Notes under the pieces: model-generated
The model's database searches: none
What the model saw: only the letters and a program-made list of their open reading frames with translations
What the model was told of the DNA's origin: nothing
In this document: piece by piece, positions 55,584 to 64,000 of the stretch
Numbering within the stretch: the first letter of the stretch is position 1
Layout: the number at the start of each line of letters is the position of its first letter
Position numbers and translations under genes: made by a program
NCBI GenBank assembly: GCA_020201525.1
Contig: JAIVGO010000095.1
Location: forward strand, 7,214-71,213
Reading direction: 5' to 3'
Length of the DNA: 64,000 nucleotides
Source: Actinomycetota bacterium
GTDB lineage: Bacteria > Actinomycetota > AC-67

Positions 55584-56812
55584 CGTTCGAGAAGCGAAAG
55601 CACCTCGACGTGATGTGTGAACGGATAGAAGTCGTACGGTCGCGCGAACGTTAAGCCGTACCCCGTTTGGCACAGCCGGCGGACGTCCCGCGCCCACGTC
55701 GTCGGGTCGCACGACACATAGACGATCCGTGCGGGCGAGTTCTCGCTGATGAGGCCCGCGACTTCTTTCGTCAGCCCTGCGCGAGGCGGGTCGACGACGA
55801 GGACGTCGGCCGGCAAGAAGTGTCTCGCCGACCGCGCATCGCCCCGGTGAAACGTCAGCGTGCCGGCGCCGAGACGGCGGGCATCCGCCTCCCCGCGCCG
55901 GACCGCGTCGGCGTTGATTTCGACGGCGATCACCTCCTTGAAAGAACCCGCGAGGTGCAACCCCAAGACGCCGGCGCCTGCGTATAGGTCGATCGCGCGC
56001 TCCCCTGTTCCTGCCAGCTCGGCCGCTTCGCGGTAGAGCCCACGCGCTGCGAGCGGATTCACTTGTGAGAAGCTCTGGACGGCCACCGTTGCGTGCACGC
56101 CGAAGTCTTCGATCAACCGCTCGGCGCCGTTCAGCAACCGCGTGCGGCCGCGAAAACGTCCGATCGGATCGGGCTCGGCCCAGATCACGCCGGCCACTCC
56201 TCCGTCTTCGAGCGCGCGAGCGATGCGATCGGTGTTCGCCTTTCGCTCGCCGATCAACCCGGCGAGCACGCCTTTGGCGTGCAGGCTCGCGCGCAAGACG
56301 ACTTCCTCGATGCCGTGCAAGCTGCGTTCCGCGCAGATCGCGAACGCTTGCGCGATCGGCTCCGCGACGAGCGGATCGCTCACGAGACGCACGAGGCGGT
56401 CCGAATCCTGCGCGCGCGCAGCCAGTCCGCCGCCCGGTGCCGCTGCGTATTGCGCGGCCGTGCGATACGCGAGCGATCGCGGCGACGGGTGAATCTGCTC
56501 GATTTTCGCGTCAACCTTGCCGATGCGCGCGAGGGCTTCTTCGACGAGCGATTGCTTGACCGGCAGCTGCTCGTCGTATTCCAACGGGAGGTCGGCGCCG
56601 GGCGGCAGCGCGATGTCGACTCGGTGAGGATGCGGATCCAAGATCTCGATTGCATGTGCGCGGAGCACGCCCGATTTCACCGCGGGGCGCGCGCTCACGC
56701 GCTCGCCCGGGAGCGCGCCGCGCACCAGGACGACGCCGCCCGGCGTGCGCGCCAGGCCGAGCCCGCCGGCCACGATGCGCTCGATCTCCAGCTCGACCGT
56801 GCCCTGTTTCAT
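55577..56812 (-). CDS. Class I SAM-dependent RNA methyltransferase, RlmD/RumA-like (TRAM + MTase)
   Basis: N-terminal TRAM-like beta barrel. [25 protein letters not shown] and FPFTHHVE motifs of the (uracil-5)-methyltransferase family. Confidence 0.7.
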   Translation of the reverse strand: MKQGTVELEIERIVAGGLGLARTPGGVVLVRGALPGERVSARPAVKSGVLRAHAIEILDPHPHRVDIALPPGADLPLEYDEQLPVKQSLVEEALARIGKVDAKIEQIHPSPRSLAYRTAAQYAAAPGGGLAARAQDSDRLVRLVSDPLVAEPIAQAFAICAERSLHGIEEVVLRASLHAKGVLAGLIGERKANTDRIARALEDGGVAGVIWAEPDPIGRFRGRTRLLNGAERLIEDFGVHATVAVQSFSQVNPLAARGLYREAAELAGTGERAIDLYAGAGVLGLHLAGSFKEVIAVEINADAVRRGEADARRLGAGTLTFHRGDARSARHFLPADVLVVDPPRAGLTKEVAGLISENSPARIVYVSCDPTTWARDVRRLCQTGYGLTFARPYDFYPFTHHVEVLSLLERQ

Positions 56813-56870
56813 CGGCTCAAACCGTAGCCGACGCTCGCGCCGGTGCCTTTGATCCCTGAACTGCGCTGGA

Positions 56871-57836
56871 TTAGCCCGAGTACGGCATCAGTGCGTTCGC
56901 GGGGATCGTGCCGAGACGGCCCGACTGGTAATCCTCGAACGCCTTGACGAGCTCGTCTCGCGTGGTCATCACGAAGGGGCCGTACGCGGCGACCGGTTCT
57001 CCGATCGGCTGCCCGCCGAGGATGAGCACTTCCATGTTCGGCGAGCGCGACTCTTGCGATTCGCCGGCGCGCACCGTGATTTGGTCGCCCGGTCCGAACA
57101 CCGCGAGCTGTCCGTACTGCGCCGGGCGCATTTCGGTACCGACGGCTCCTTCGCCGGCGAGCACATACACGAGCGCGTTGAAATCCCTCGCCCACGGCAG
57201 CACGAGCTGCGCGCCCGGTGACAGCGTTGCGTGTACGACCGCGATCGGCGTGTGCGTCGAGCCCGGACCTTTGTATCCGGCAACGTCGCCGGCGATCACG
57301 CGGACGAGCGAACCGCCGTCGGACGACGACAGCAGGCTTACCTGCTCGCCTTCGAGCGACTGGTATCGCGGCGGCACGAACTTATCGCGCGACGGCAAGT
57401 TCACCCACAGCTGAATACCGTGAAAGAGGCCCCCGCTGATAACAAGCTGCTCCGGCGGCGTCTCAATGTGCAGGATTCCCGCGCCGGCGGTCATCCACTG
57501 TGTCGCGCCATCGGTAATGACGCCGCCGCCGCCGTGCGAATCTTGGTGCTGAAACGTGCCGTCGATCATGTACGTGACGGTTTCGAAACCGCGGTGCGGG
57601 TGCCACGGCGTGCCCTTCGGCTCGCCGGGCGCGTATTCGACCTCGCCCATCTGGTCCATGTGCACGAACGGATCCAGATCCGCGAGCGTCACGCCGGCGA
57701 ATGCTCGGCGCACGGGAAAGCCTTCGCCTTCGAACCCGCTCGGCGCGATCGTGAGCGAGCGAACGGGGCGATCAACGGCATCCGGTTCGACAGGAATGCG
57801 CGGCAGCGTCAGCGTGTCTCGAGTAACAGCGGGCAT
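56871..57836 (-). CDS. Pirin family protein (bicupin)
   Basis: HPHRGFETVTYMIDG metal-binding motif and bicupin length. Confidence 0.8.
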   Translation of the reverse strand: MPAVTRDTLTLPRIPVEPDAVDRPVRSLTIAPSGFEGEGFPVRRAFAGVTLADLDPFVHMDQMGEVEYAPGEPKGTPWHPHRGFETVTYMIDGTFQHQDSHGGGGVITDGATQWMTAGAGILHIETPPEQLVISGGLFHGIQLWVNLPSRDKFVPPRYQSLEGEQVSLLSSSDGGSLVRVIAGDVAGYKGPGSTHTPIAVVHATLSPGAQLVLPWARDFNALVYVLAGEGAVGTEMRPAQYGQLAVFGPGDQITVRAGESQESRSPNMEVLILGGQPIGEPVAAYGPFVMTTRDELVKAFEDYQSGRLGTIPANALMPYSG

Positions 57837-57914
57837 CTGGGGCCTCCATCCTTTTGCAAAAACGCAAAACGTGGCAACGCCGGCGGCGGCCCTCGTATTC
57901 CGCGATTTTCTGCG

Positions 57915-58475
57915 CTACGGCCGGCGGCCGAGGAACGCGACGAGCTTGTCTTCCGGTGACGCGTTCTCGGGCACTTCGACCTCCGGCGCGAAGAAGCCGT
58001 CGTCGCCGCGCGGCGCGTCGCCGTACACCTTCTTCAGACCGTCGAGCATCGCCGTCGCAAGCATGGGTTCGATCCCGTAGTCCTGACCGGTTGCCTTCGC
58101 GACATCCCATCCGTGCACGACGGCTTCCATCAGCGCAATGCGGAGCGCGCCGGTAGCCGGCATCTCGCCGAAAACGTGGACCTGCCTCTCGAGTGCGCCG
58201 TCCGCGCTCCATCCCTCGACGGCCAGCTTGCGAGCGTTCTCGAAAGCCACGCCGGGATCGTCGCCGGCCAAGTCCGGCGGCGTCTGGTGCGGGTCGTTCT
58301 TCTCGCCTGCGAGCGCGCGCTCAAACAGGTACACGCCCCCGATCAAATGGTTGATCAGCTCGCGCAAGCTCCATCCCTCACACGGCGTATCGGCGGCAAG
58401 CTGTTCTGCCTGCACGCCGGCAACGATGCGTCCCGTATTCTCGAGCGCGTTGAAGTAAAACGGCCTCAAGTCCAT
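57915..58475 (-). CDS. TIGR03086-like protein (DinB/mycothiol-dependent maleylpyruvate isomerase N-terminal-type domain)
   Basis: PCEGWSLRELINHLIGG...AVVHGWDVAKATG motifs. Confidence 0.55.
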   Translation of the reverse strand: MDLRPFYFNALENTGRIVAGVQAEQLAADTPCEGWSLRELINHLIGGVYLFERALAGEKNDPHQTPPDLAGDDPGVAFENARKLAVEGWSADGALERQVHVFGEMPATGALRIALMEAVVHGWDVAKATGQDYGIEPMLATAMLDGLKKVYGDAPRGDDGFFAPEVEVPENASPEDKLVAFLGRRP

Positions 58476-58576
58476 GTGCCTCTCCTCAATCGCTTCCGCA
58501 CGTCGCGGGACGGCAACCCTAGCGCGAGGTCTGATATCTGGCCATCCGCCGAAAATGACTGGTTATACCGCTTGTT

Positions 58577-59896
58577 TCATTTTGGGTGTTTTGAAAGCGG
58601 GCCAACCATGTCAGGACCGAACCTGCCGATCTCGGTGCGGCGCATGATGGGCAGCGTCTCGATGTACCCCGGCGTCGGTGCAGGTGGCGGCTCCGCATGT
58701 TGCACGTACTCGGCGAGCTCCGCGAGGTCCTTTGCAGCGTCGAGCGGAAGTGGGATGCGCAGCCCGTCGGGGAATCGCGCCTCGGTCCATAGCAAGAACG
58801 CATTGGCCGGGTCCCAGGCGAACTCCGGGATGATCCATCCGTCGTCACCGTTGTGCGTCAGTCGCCGAACGGCTTTGGTTTCGAGGTTCATCTCGTACAG
58901 GTCGGTCGCCTCTTGCGCGAACGGCTGTAGGAACCCGGCCTCAAACAGCGGGAGGATGAGCAAGTAATCCTCTTCGGTCGAGAGACCCGCCGCTTCCGAC
59001 AGCACGGTGAACGTGTTGAAGAAGCCCGGATGGTCGCGCGTCGACATGAAGATGACGCTCTTCATGTCCGGCGTGAACAGCGCTTGCTCGTCCCACGCCG
59101 AGCCGTTCGTCAACCGCGTCACATCGCACGGGCCGGGAACGCCGTTCGCGTCGAATGTGAGCTTGCAATAGAAAAGCTCGAGGTTCATCGCCGTCCCGAA
59201 CGACTCCGTGTAGAGGAAACCGCTGCCGTCCGGTGCCCACCACTGCGTCTCGTAGTAGTGGCCGTTTGCCGGACGCACGACCGTCGTGTCCTCGAGACGA
59301 GGCGGGTTTACGCCGTCGTCGACGAACCGCGCGACGCGCACGTCCCAATGCCCCCGGCCGTCGTTCGTGACGAAGTTCCAATTGAGGTGGGCCCACACGA
59401 GGTGTTTACCGTCGGGAGACCAGTACGCGTGGTAATCGTCTTCGCCCTCCCCGGAGCCGTGCGCGGCGTCGAGTCCGGTCAGCTGCGTCACGCTGGTTCC
59501 ATCCGGCTTCATGACGTACAGCGCGGATCCGAGGCCGCCGAATCCCGGCGAGCCGATGCGGAACACGCGGTTCGCCCACGAGTGAAAGAGGATCCAGTCG
59601 CCTTGCGGCTCGACCGCGGGGACGCCGTTCGGCGCGGCCGGCGCTTGGGATGTGCACGTGAGGCACGTTGTATTGGCGCCGCCCACGTCGTCGGAGATGT
59701 AGATCTGCTGCCCTTGTCCTTGGCCGAAGTCCTTCGCAAACACGACTCTGCCGTCGGGCATGAACACGGGCGCTTGGCCGAACGCGTACTGGTTGTGCGA
59801 GACGGTGAACGGGTCGCTCGAGTAGTCGGCTGCGCGCCCGGTCCCCGGCGCGAGAAGCGCGAGCGGCAGGACGGCGGCGATCAGGATGCGCTTCAT
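58577..59896 (-). CDS. Secreted TolB-like beta-propeller (WD40-like) protein
   Basis: Track ORF 58577..60184(-). Start at MKRILIAAVLPLALLAPGTGRA (signal peptide). SPDGKHLVW/APDGSGFLY blade motifs. Confidence 0.55.
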   Translation of the reverse strand: MKRILIAAVLPLALLAPGTGRAADYSSDPFTVSHNQYAFGQAPVFMPDGRVVFAKDFGQGQGQQIYISDDVGGANTTCLTCTSQAPAAPNGVPAVEPQGDWILFHSWANRVFRIGSPGFGGLGSALYVMKPDGTSVTQLTGLDAAHGSGEGEDDYHAYWSPDGKHLVWAHLNWNFVTNDGRGHWDVRVARFVDDGVNPPRLEDTTVVRPANGHYYETQWWAPDGSGFLYTESFGTAMNLELFYCKLTFDANGVPGPCDVTRLTNGSAWDEQALFTPDMKSVIFMSTRDHPGFFNTFTVLSEAAGLSTEEDYLLILPLFEAGFLQPFAQEATDLYEMNLETKAVRRLTHNGDDGWIIPEFAWDPANAFLLWTEARFPDGLRIPLPLDAAKDLAELAEYVQHAEPPPAPTPGYIETLPIMRRTEIGRFGPDMVGPLSKHPK

Positions 59897-60035
59897 GTGA
59901 GCTCTCCCCGGCGAAGACGTCACCGTAGGAATACGCGCCCGCCCTGCTCGATCCCTGCCTCGGCCGGTCTGGAGGATTTCTGCCCGGCAAGGGCGAATAG
60001 AATGAGACCCCGGAACTGAGCGAGAGGATTCAGGA

Positions 60036-62366
60036 ATGCGATCGATTCTTTCGGCCTGCGCGGTTGCCGCCGTGGCCGTGACCACTCTTTTCATAGCCGG
60101 CCCGGCGAATGCGGGCACGGCGCCGATGCGCTTCTCGCACGCCGTGGTCGTCGACCAGCAGCGCTCCGGTTTCGAGCCGGACATCGCCGTCGACGGAGAA
60201 GACCGTATCTATACGAGCGTCCCGAACGGCAGCTCCACCACGACGTCGTGGGTCTGGCGTTCGGTCGACCACGGCGACACGTTCCAGCTCGTCCCCGGCA
60301 ACGTGGCCGGCCGCACGACGACCTGTCTGCAAGGCGGCGGAGACACCGAGCTGCAGGTGGATGCCAAGGGCAACCTCTATCTCAGTGATCTCCAGAATCT
60401 CACAAACTTGACGAACAGCGTCAGCACCGACCACGGCGCAACGTTCCTGTCGAGCTGCGCCGGCGCGCCTAACACGCCGGTCGATCGCATGTGGTATGCG
60501 ATTCAAGGCTCGCTCGGCGACCCGAAGTTCCGCATTTACGAGGAGTACGACGCAGTTGCATCCGGCCTCGACATGACCGACCCTGCCGATCCGAAGATCG
60601 GAAACCAGCTCGTCGAGATCGTCAGCACCGACGGCGTCAACTTCGTTCCGGTCGTGAACGCGAACCCGGGACCGGCGTGCCTCGGCGGCGGCGCGATCAA
60701 TTGCGTCACGAACAACGAAGGCCTTCCCGGCAATCAAGTCATTGCGAAGAACGGGGACATTCTCATCGCGCACACCGGCCGCACGGTAAACGGTTCCGAG
60801 CGCGTGGTCGTCTCGCGCGGGAAGATGAGTGGCGATTTCCCGGCGATTACGGCCACCTGGACGGACGTGGAGCTCAATGCAAAGGCGTGTCCGCAATTCG
60901 ACGCCACGACCGAGAACCTCGGCAAGACAGAGATTTGCGACGCGGTTCAGTTCCCGACGATCGCGCAAGACACCGCCGGCAACTTCTATGTCGCGTTCAG
61001 CTCACGGACGAAGAAGGTCGAGACGGTCGATGGCGCTCCGACGCTCGTCCAAAGCGGACCGTACACAACGTACGTTGCGACGTCGCACGACGGAGATCAC
61101 TGGAGTGAGCCGGTCAAGGTCAGCGCCGGGGGCTCGAACGCGTTCTCGTGGATCACCGCAGGCGCGCCGGGGCGCGCGGCGGTTGCGTGGTATCACGCCG
61201 ACATCGAGCACGGCGACCCGCCGACAGGTGACGGCGTGAACGGTGTTCTCGCGAGCTTGAACGACGCGGACCCGCACGGGTACCTCTTCGACGATCTGCA
61301 AGATGCCGAGTTCGACGTTCAGGTTGCATACAGCCTCGACGCATTGTCGGCGGACCCAACGTGGAACGTGCAGACCATCACGGAACACCCCATCAAGCAC
61401 GGTCCGATCTGTACGCGAGGAACCACCTGCTCGGTGACACAGGGCGATCGCAGCCTCGGGGACTTTCTCATGGTTTCGCACGACTCGAGCGGCGCGCTGA
61501 TCTTTTCGTTCGTCGACGACACGTCGGGCTACTACTCGACCGGCCCGACCGGCATCATTGCGAACAGCGGCCCGACTGTGATCGTGCGCCAGATCGGCGG
61601 CCCCTCGTTGCTCGGCGGCACGATCGGAACGCGTGCGCCGGTTTTTGCCGGCTTGCTGGATTCATTGCAGACGGGCGCCGTGACCGACCGGAGTGGAGAC
61701 GCCGCTTTCAACGGCGTGACGCTTACATCCGATGCGGGAGCGAACCTCGACATCGTCGGCACCGATGTTCAAACCGGTGTTGACGGCATCGACATTCACA
61801 TCAAGGTGGCCGACGCGTCGTCGCTGCTCGTCTCCCCCACCGCCGGCGGAACGACCGGACTGTGGTTTGTTCGTTTCACGACGTACGACCGGGGCAACCC
61901 AGGCAACGGTCACATCTACTACGCCGGCGCCGAGTCGATTTTGGGAGGCGCGCCGCGCTTCTTCGCCGGCGAGCCGAAGCACGTTCGGTACATCACGTAC
62001 TACGACAGCTCAACGCCGATCGAAGGAAGCGTCGAGGGTAATGCCATCACGTTGCACGTCCCGTATTCGATGATCGGTGATCACAAAGTCGGCACGCGGC
62101 TGTTCTCGGTCACGGCATTCAGCGCTACGGCGGCAGGAACACTCGCGAATGTGCCCAACGCGTTGTTCAACCAAGTGGACGCTACGGCGCCGTTCAACTA
62201 CGACATCCGCGGAACGAATATGCCGGTGTTCCACGCGAAGCCCACACAGGTGAAGGGCGCGCGTCACTCATTGCCATCGACCGGCGTCGACGAACAGTTT
62301 GCATCGGTGATGGGCGCGGTGTTGCTCGCCGGCGCGTACGCGATTCGCCGCAGGCTCGTTCGTTAG
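60036..62366 (+). CDS. BNR/Asp-box repeat surface protein with C-terminal LPXTG sortase anchor
   Basis: Signal peptide. Asp-box-like STDHGATF and SHDGDHWS. C-terminus LPSTGVDEQFASVMGAVLLAGAYAIRRRLVR (LPXTG + TM + basic tail). Confidence 0.65.
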   Translation: MRSILSACAVAAVAVTTLFIAGPANAGTAPMRFSHAVVVDQQRSGFEPDIAVDGEDRIYTSVPNGSSTTTSWVWRSVDHGDTFQLVPGNVAGRTTTCLQGGGDTELQVDAKGNLYLSDLQNLTNLTNSVSTDHGATFLSSCAGAPNTPVDRMWYAIQGSLGDPKFRIYEEYDAVASGLDMTDPADPKIGNQLVEIVSTDGVNFVPVVNANPGPACLGGGAINCVTNNEGLPGNQVIAKNGDILIAHTGRTVNGSERVVVSRGKMSGDFPAITATWTDVELNAKACPQFDATTENLGKTEICDAVQFPTIAQDTAGNFYVAFSSRTKKVETVDGAPTLVQSGPYTTYVATSHDGDHWSEPVKVSAGGSNAFSWITAGAPGRAAVAWYHADIEHGDPPTGDGVNGVLASLNDADPHGYLFDDLQDAEFDVQVAYSLDALSADPTWNVQTITEHPIKHGPICTRGTTCSVTQGDRSLGDFLMVSHDSSGALIFSFVDDTSGYYSTGPTGIIANSGPTVIVRQIGGPSLLGGTIGTRAPVFAGLLDSLQTGAVTDRSGDAAFNGVTLTSDAGANLDIVGTDVQTGVDGIDIHIKVADASSLLVSPTAGGTTGLWFVRFTTYDRGNPGNGHIYYAGAESILGGAPRFFAGEPKHVRYITYYDSSTPIEGSVEGNAITLHVPYSMIGDHKVGTRLFSVTAFSATAAGTLANVPNALFNQVDATAPFNYDIRGTNMPVFHAKPTQVKGARHSLPSTGVDEQFASVMGAVLLAGAYAIRRRLVR

Positions 62367-62704
62367 TCGGGGGTGCTCGTCGGGCCTGCCGCCGGAGGCG
62401 CGATGCCGGGCGGGTGGCTCGTCTGCGAGCGGCGGTGCCATTGAAATAGGTCGGGGGTGAATACGTCGCCGGCTTCGTTCTTGACGCCGCCGTCCGCCAA
62501 TTCTTCGGCGATCCGCCCGTACCACTGCGCTTCGTATTTGAACCCGCCTTCGCGCCACTCGCGCTTATACGGCTCGGCGTCGGTCGATCTTTCGAAGCGC
62601 ACGGTGATGTCGCCGCGGTTTCCGTACGTCGTGTTGCCGGAACGATGCCAGCTCACGAGCCAGAGGCCTGGGCCGTTTTCCTGCGCGGGTAGCGGAGCGT
62701 CCAC
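62363..62704 (-). CDS. Hypothetical protein (low confidence)
   Basis: Conserved-looking core FKYEAQWYGRIAEELADGG inside the 400-nt gap between flanking genes. Only a GTG start is available, with a poorly spaced RBS. Confidence 0.25.
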   Translation of the reverse strand: MDAPLPAQENGPGLWLVSWHRSGNTTYGNRGDITVRFERSTDAEPYKREWREGGFKYEAQWYGRIAEELADGGVKNEAGDVFTPDLFQWHRRSQTSHPPGIAPPAAGPTSTPD

Positions 62705-62765
62705 GCCTCCAACCCTACGCTCTATAATCGGCGCCGATCGGTTTTCGAGAGTGGGAAAATCTTCT

Positions 62766-63917
62766 GTGAATACTTCGGGGCGCGAGGTTCTCGGGTTGCC
62801 GCCGGATGCGCGCGGCGTTCTGCCGTCGCAGCATCTCGCTCGTGCCGTTGAGGAGCGCATCATCGAAGTCGGCGACAACCTGCACGTGCCTCCCTCGAAC
62901 ATTCAGCCGGCGTCGATCGATCTCCGTCTGGGCGAAACCGCGTATCGCATCAGGTCTTCCTTTCTGCCGGACAACCGGCCCGTGGAAGAGAAGCTCAAGG
63001 AGTTCGTCATCGACGAGATCGACTTGCGCCGCGAGGGCGCGGTTTTGGAGACGAAGCGGCCGTATCTCATTCCGTTGCTCGAGCACCTGAACTTGCCGCA
63101 GGACGTGCGCGGCAAAGCGAACCCAAAGTCGTCGACCGGGCGGCTCGATGTGTTCACGCGCGTCATCAGCGACCACGGTGGACGCTTCGACGAGATCGAA
63201 GCGGGATACACGGGTCGACTCTGGCTCGAGGTGGTGCCGCTCTCCTTCACGGTGCGCGTCGCGCAGTTTCTTGCGCTGAATCAGCTGCGGCTATCGCTTG
63301 GAAATGCGTCTTTGACCGATGAGGAGATTCGTTCTCGGCACGAGTCCGAACCGCTGCTCTTCCGCGACGGCGTGCCCGTGTCCGACTTGGTCGTCGACCG
63401 CGGCCTGTTCCTCGGCCTCGACTTGCGTGGAGACGCTTCGGGGCGGGTCGGCTACCGGGCCCGCGACTACGCGCCGGTGCTGGAGATGGCGTCCGTCGGG
63501 AATGCGGATCCTGACGTGTACTGGGAGCCGGTGCGCAAGGAAGAAGGCGACCGCATCGTTTTGGCGCCGGAGCACTTCTATCTGTTGCTGTCGGAGGAGA
63601 GCGTTCGCATTCCTCCGGGCCTCGCCGCCGAGATGACCGCGTACGATCCGACGAGCGGCGAGCTTCGCACGCACTATGCGGGTTTCTTCGACCCGGGGTT
63701 CGGATATTCGCCGGACGCATCTTTCTCCGGGTCCCGCGCCGCCCTGGAGGTGCGCGCGCACGACGTGCCGTTCATGATCGAGCACGGCCAGCGCGTGTGC
63801 CGCTTGACGTTCGAGCGTATGGTCGAGCCGCCTCTTGTGCTGTACGGGCAGGGAATCGGCAGCTCATACCAGCAGCAGATGGATACGCTCAGCAAACACT
63901 TCCGCCGACGGGTCTAG
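62766..63917 (+). CDS. dcd: 2'-deoxycytidine 5'-triphosphate deaminase, long (approximately 380 aa) form
   Basis: Track ORF 62457..63917. GTG start at VNTSGREVLG. PASIDLRLGETAYRIRSS is the dCTP deaminase/dUTPase-fold signature. Length fits the long DCD family. Confidence 0.6.
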   Translation: MNTSGREVLGLPPDARGVLPSQHLARAVEERIIEVGDNLHVPPSNIQPASIDLRLGETAYRIRSSFLPDNRPVEEKLKEFVIDEIDLRREGAVLETKRPYLIPLLEHLNLPQDVRGKANPKSSTGRLDVFTRVISDHGGRFDEIEAGYTGRLWLEVVPLSFTVRVAQFLALNQLRLSLGNASLTDEEIRSRHESEPLLFRDGVPVSDLVVDRGLFLGLDLRGDASGRVGYRARDYAPVLEMASVGNADPDVYWEPVRKEEGDRIVLAPEHFYLLLSEESVRIPPGLAAEMTAYDPTSGELRTHYAGFFDPGFGYSPDASFSGSRAALEVRAHDVPFMIEHGQRVCRLTFERMVEPPLVLYGQGIGSSYQQQMDTLSKHFRRRV

Positions 63918-64000
63918 GCCCCGCTCACCGCTTCCGCCGAAGCGCTTATCTGAGAATTCCGGTCGACTGGCCGACCTCGATCAAGTGCCCGTCGGGGTCG

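Noticed and set aside
59897-60184. N-terminal 96-codon extension of track ORF 58577..60184
   Set aside because: R/G-rich junk preceding a canonical signal peptide (MKRILIAAVLPLALLAPGTGRA). It would also overlap the divergent LPXTG-protein promoter region.
1-64000. CRISPR arrays, rRNA/tRNA genes, IS elements, integrases, prophage genes
   Set aside because: No regularly spaced short direct repeats. No tRNA-like cloverleaf signatures (e.g. GTTCGAATC T-loop boxes) in the few intergenic gaps. No transposase or integrase-like ORFs. The only repeats are the intragenic Ig-module duplication and the 19-nt promoter direct repeat.

Overview
The window is a GC-rich (roughly two-thirds G+C by eye), gene-dense chromosomal segment with about 60 protein-coding genes on both strands. 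I recognised no rRNA, tRNA, CRISPR array, transposase or integrase. Taxonomic cues point to an actinobacterial-type or related Terrabacteria genome: an LPXTG sortase anchor, Tat signal peptides, an F420-dependent LLM oxidoreductase, TIGR03086/DinB_2-type proteins, a CGNR zinc finger, DUF2630, and GC-rich terminator hairpins without U-tracts. The most distinctive content is in the first ~16 kb: a cluster of secreted redox proteins. It contains two paralogous large proteins (~740 and ~610 aa) whose C-termini carry an amicyanin-like type-1 copper motif (C-x-I-H-P-[FW]-M-R-G) behind an N-terminal domain with conserved His clusters that I cannot assign to a known family. A TetR regulator sits between them. 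Alongside are a Tat-exported amidohydrolase-2 protein, a small blue-copper protein, and two tandem PQQ-like (quinoprotein-dehydrogenase-like) beta-propeller proteins in one operon. Upstream of that operon lie an O-methyltransferase, a small Cys-motif protein and a 1118-aa STAND ATPase regulator. The rest of the window encodes, in order: a divergent pair of stand-alone cNMP-binding proteins with a flavoprotein/CoA-binding operon, an unusual Usp-Usp-Rieske fusion, a DUF2233/metallophosphoesterase/NERD trio, a hybrid histidine kinase, several secreted or cell-wall-anchored repeat proteins, a membrane-anchored cupredoxin, and an HtrA-OmpR/HK-SHOCT envelope-stress module. After that come a MacB-like ABC exporter, a degenerate PIN toxin homolog, a CGNR zinc-finger operon driven by an AT-rich promoter with A-tract, an ABC-F ATPase, two hemerythrins, pirin, an RlmD-like methyltransferase and a long-form dCTP deaminase. 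Coordinates of gene starts were derived from the supplied ORF track by residue position. Several track ORFs have spurious N-terminal extensions or are antisense/out-of-frame artefacts typical of high-GC DNA.
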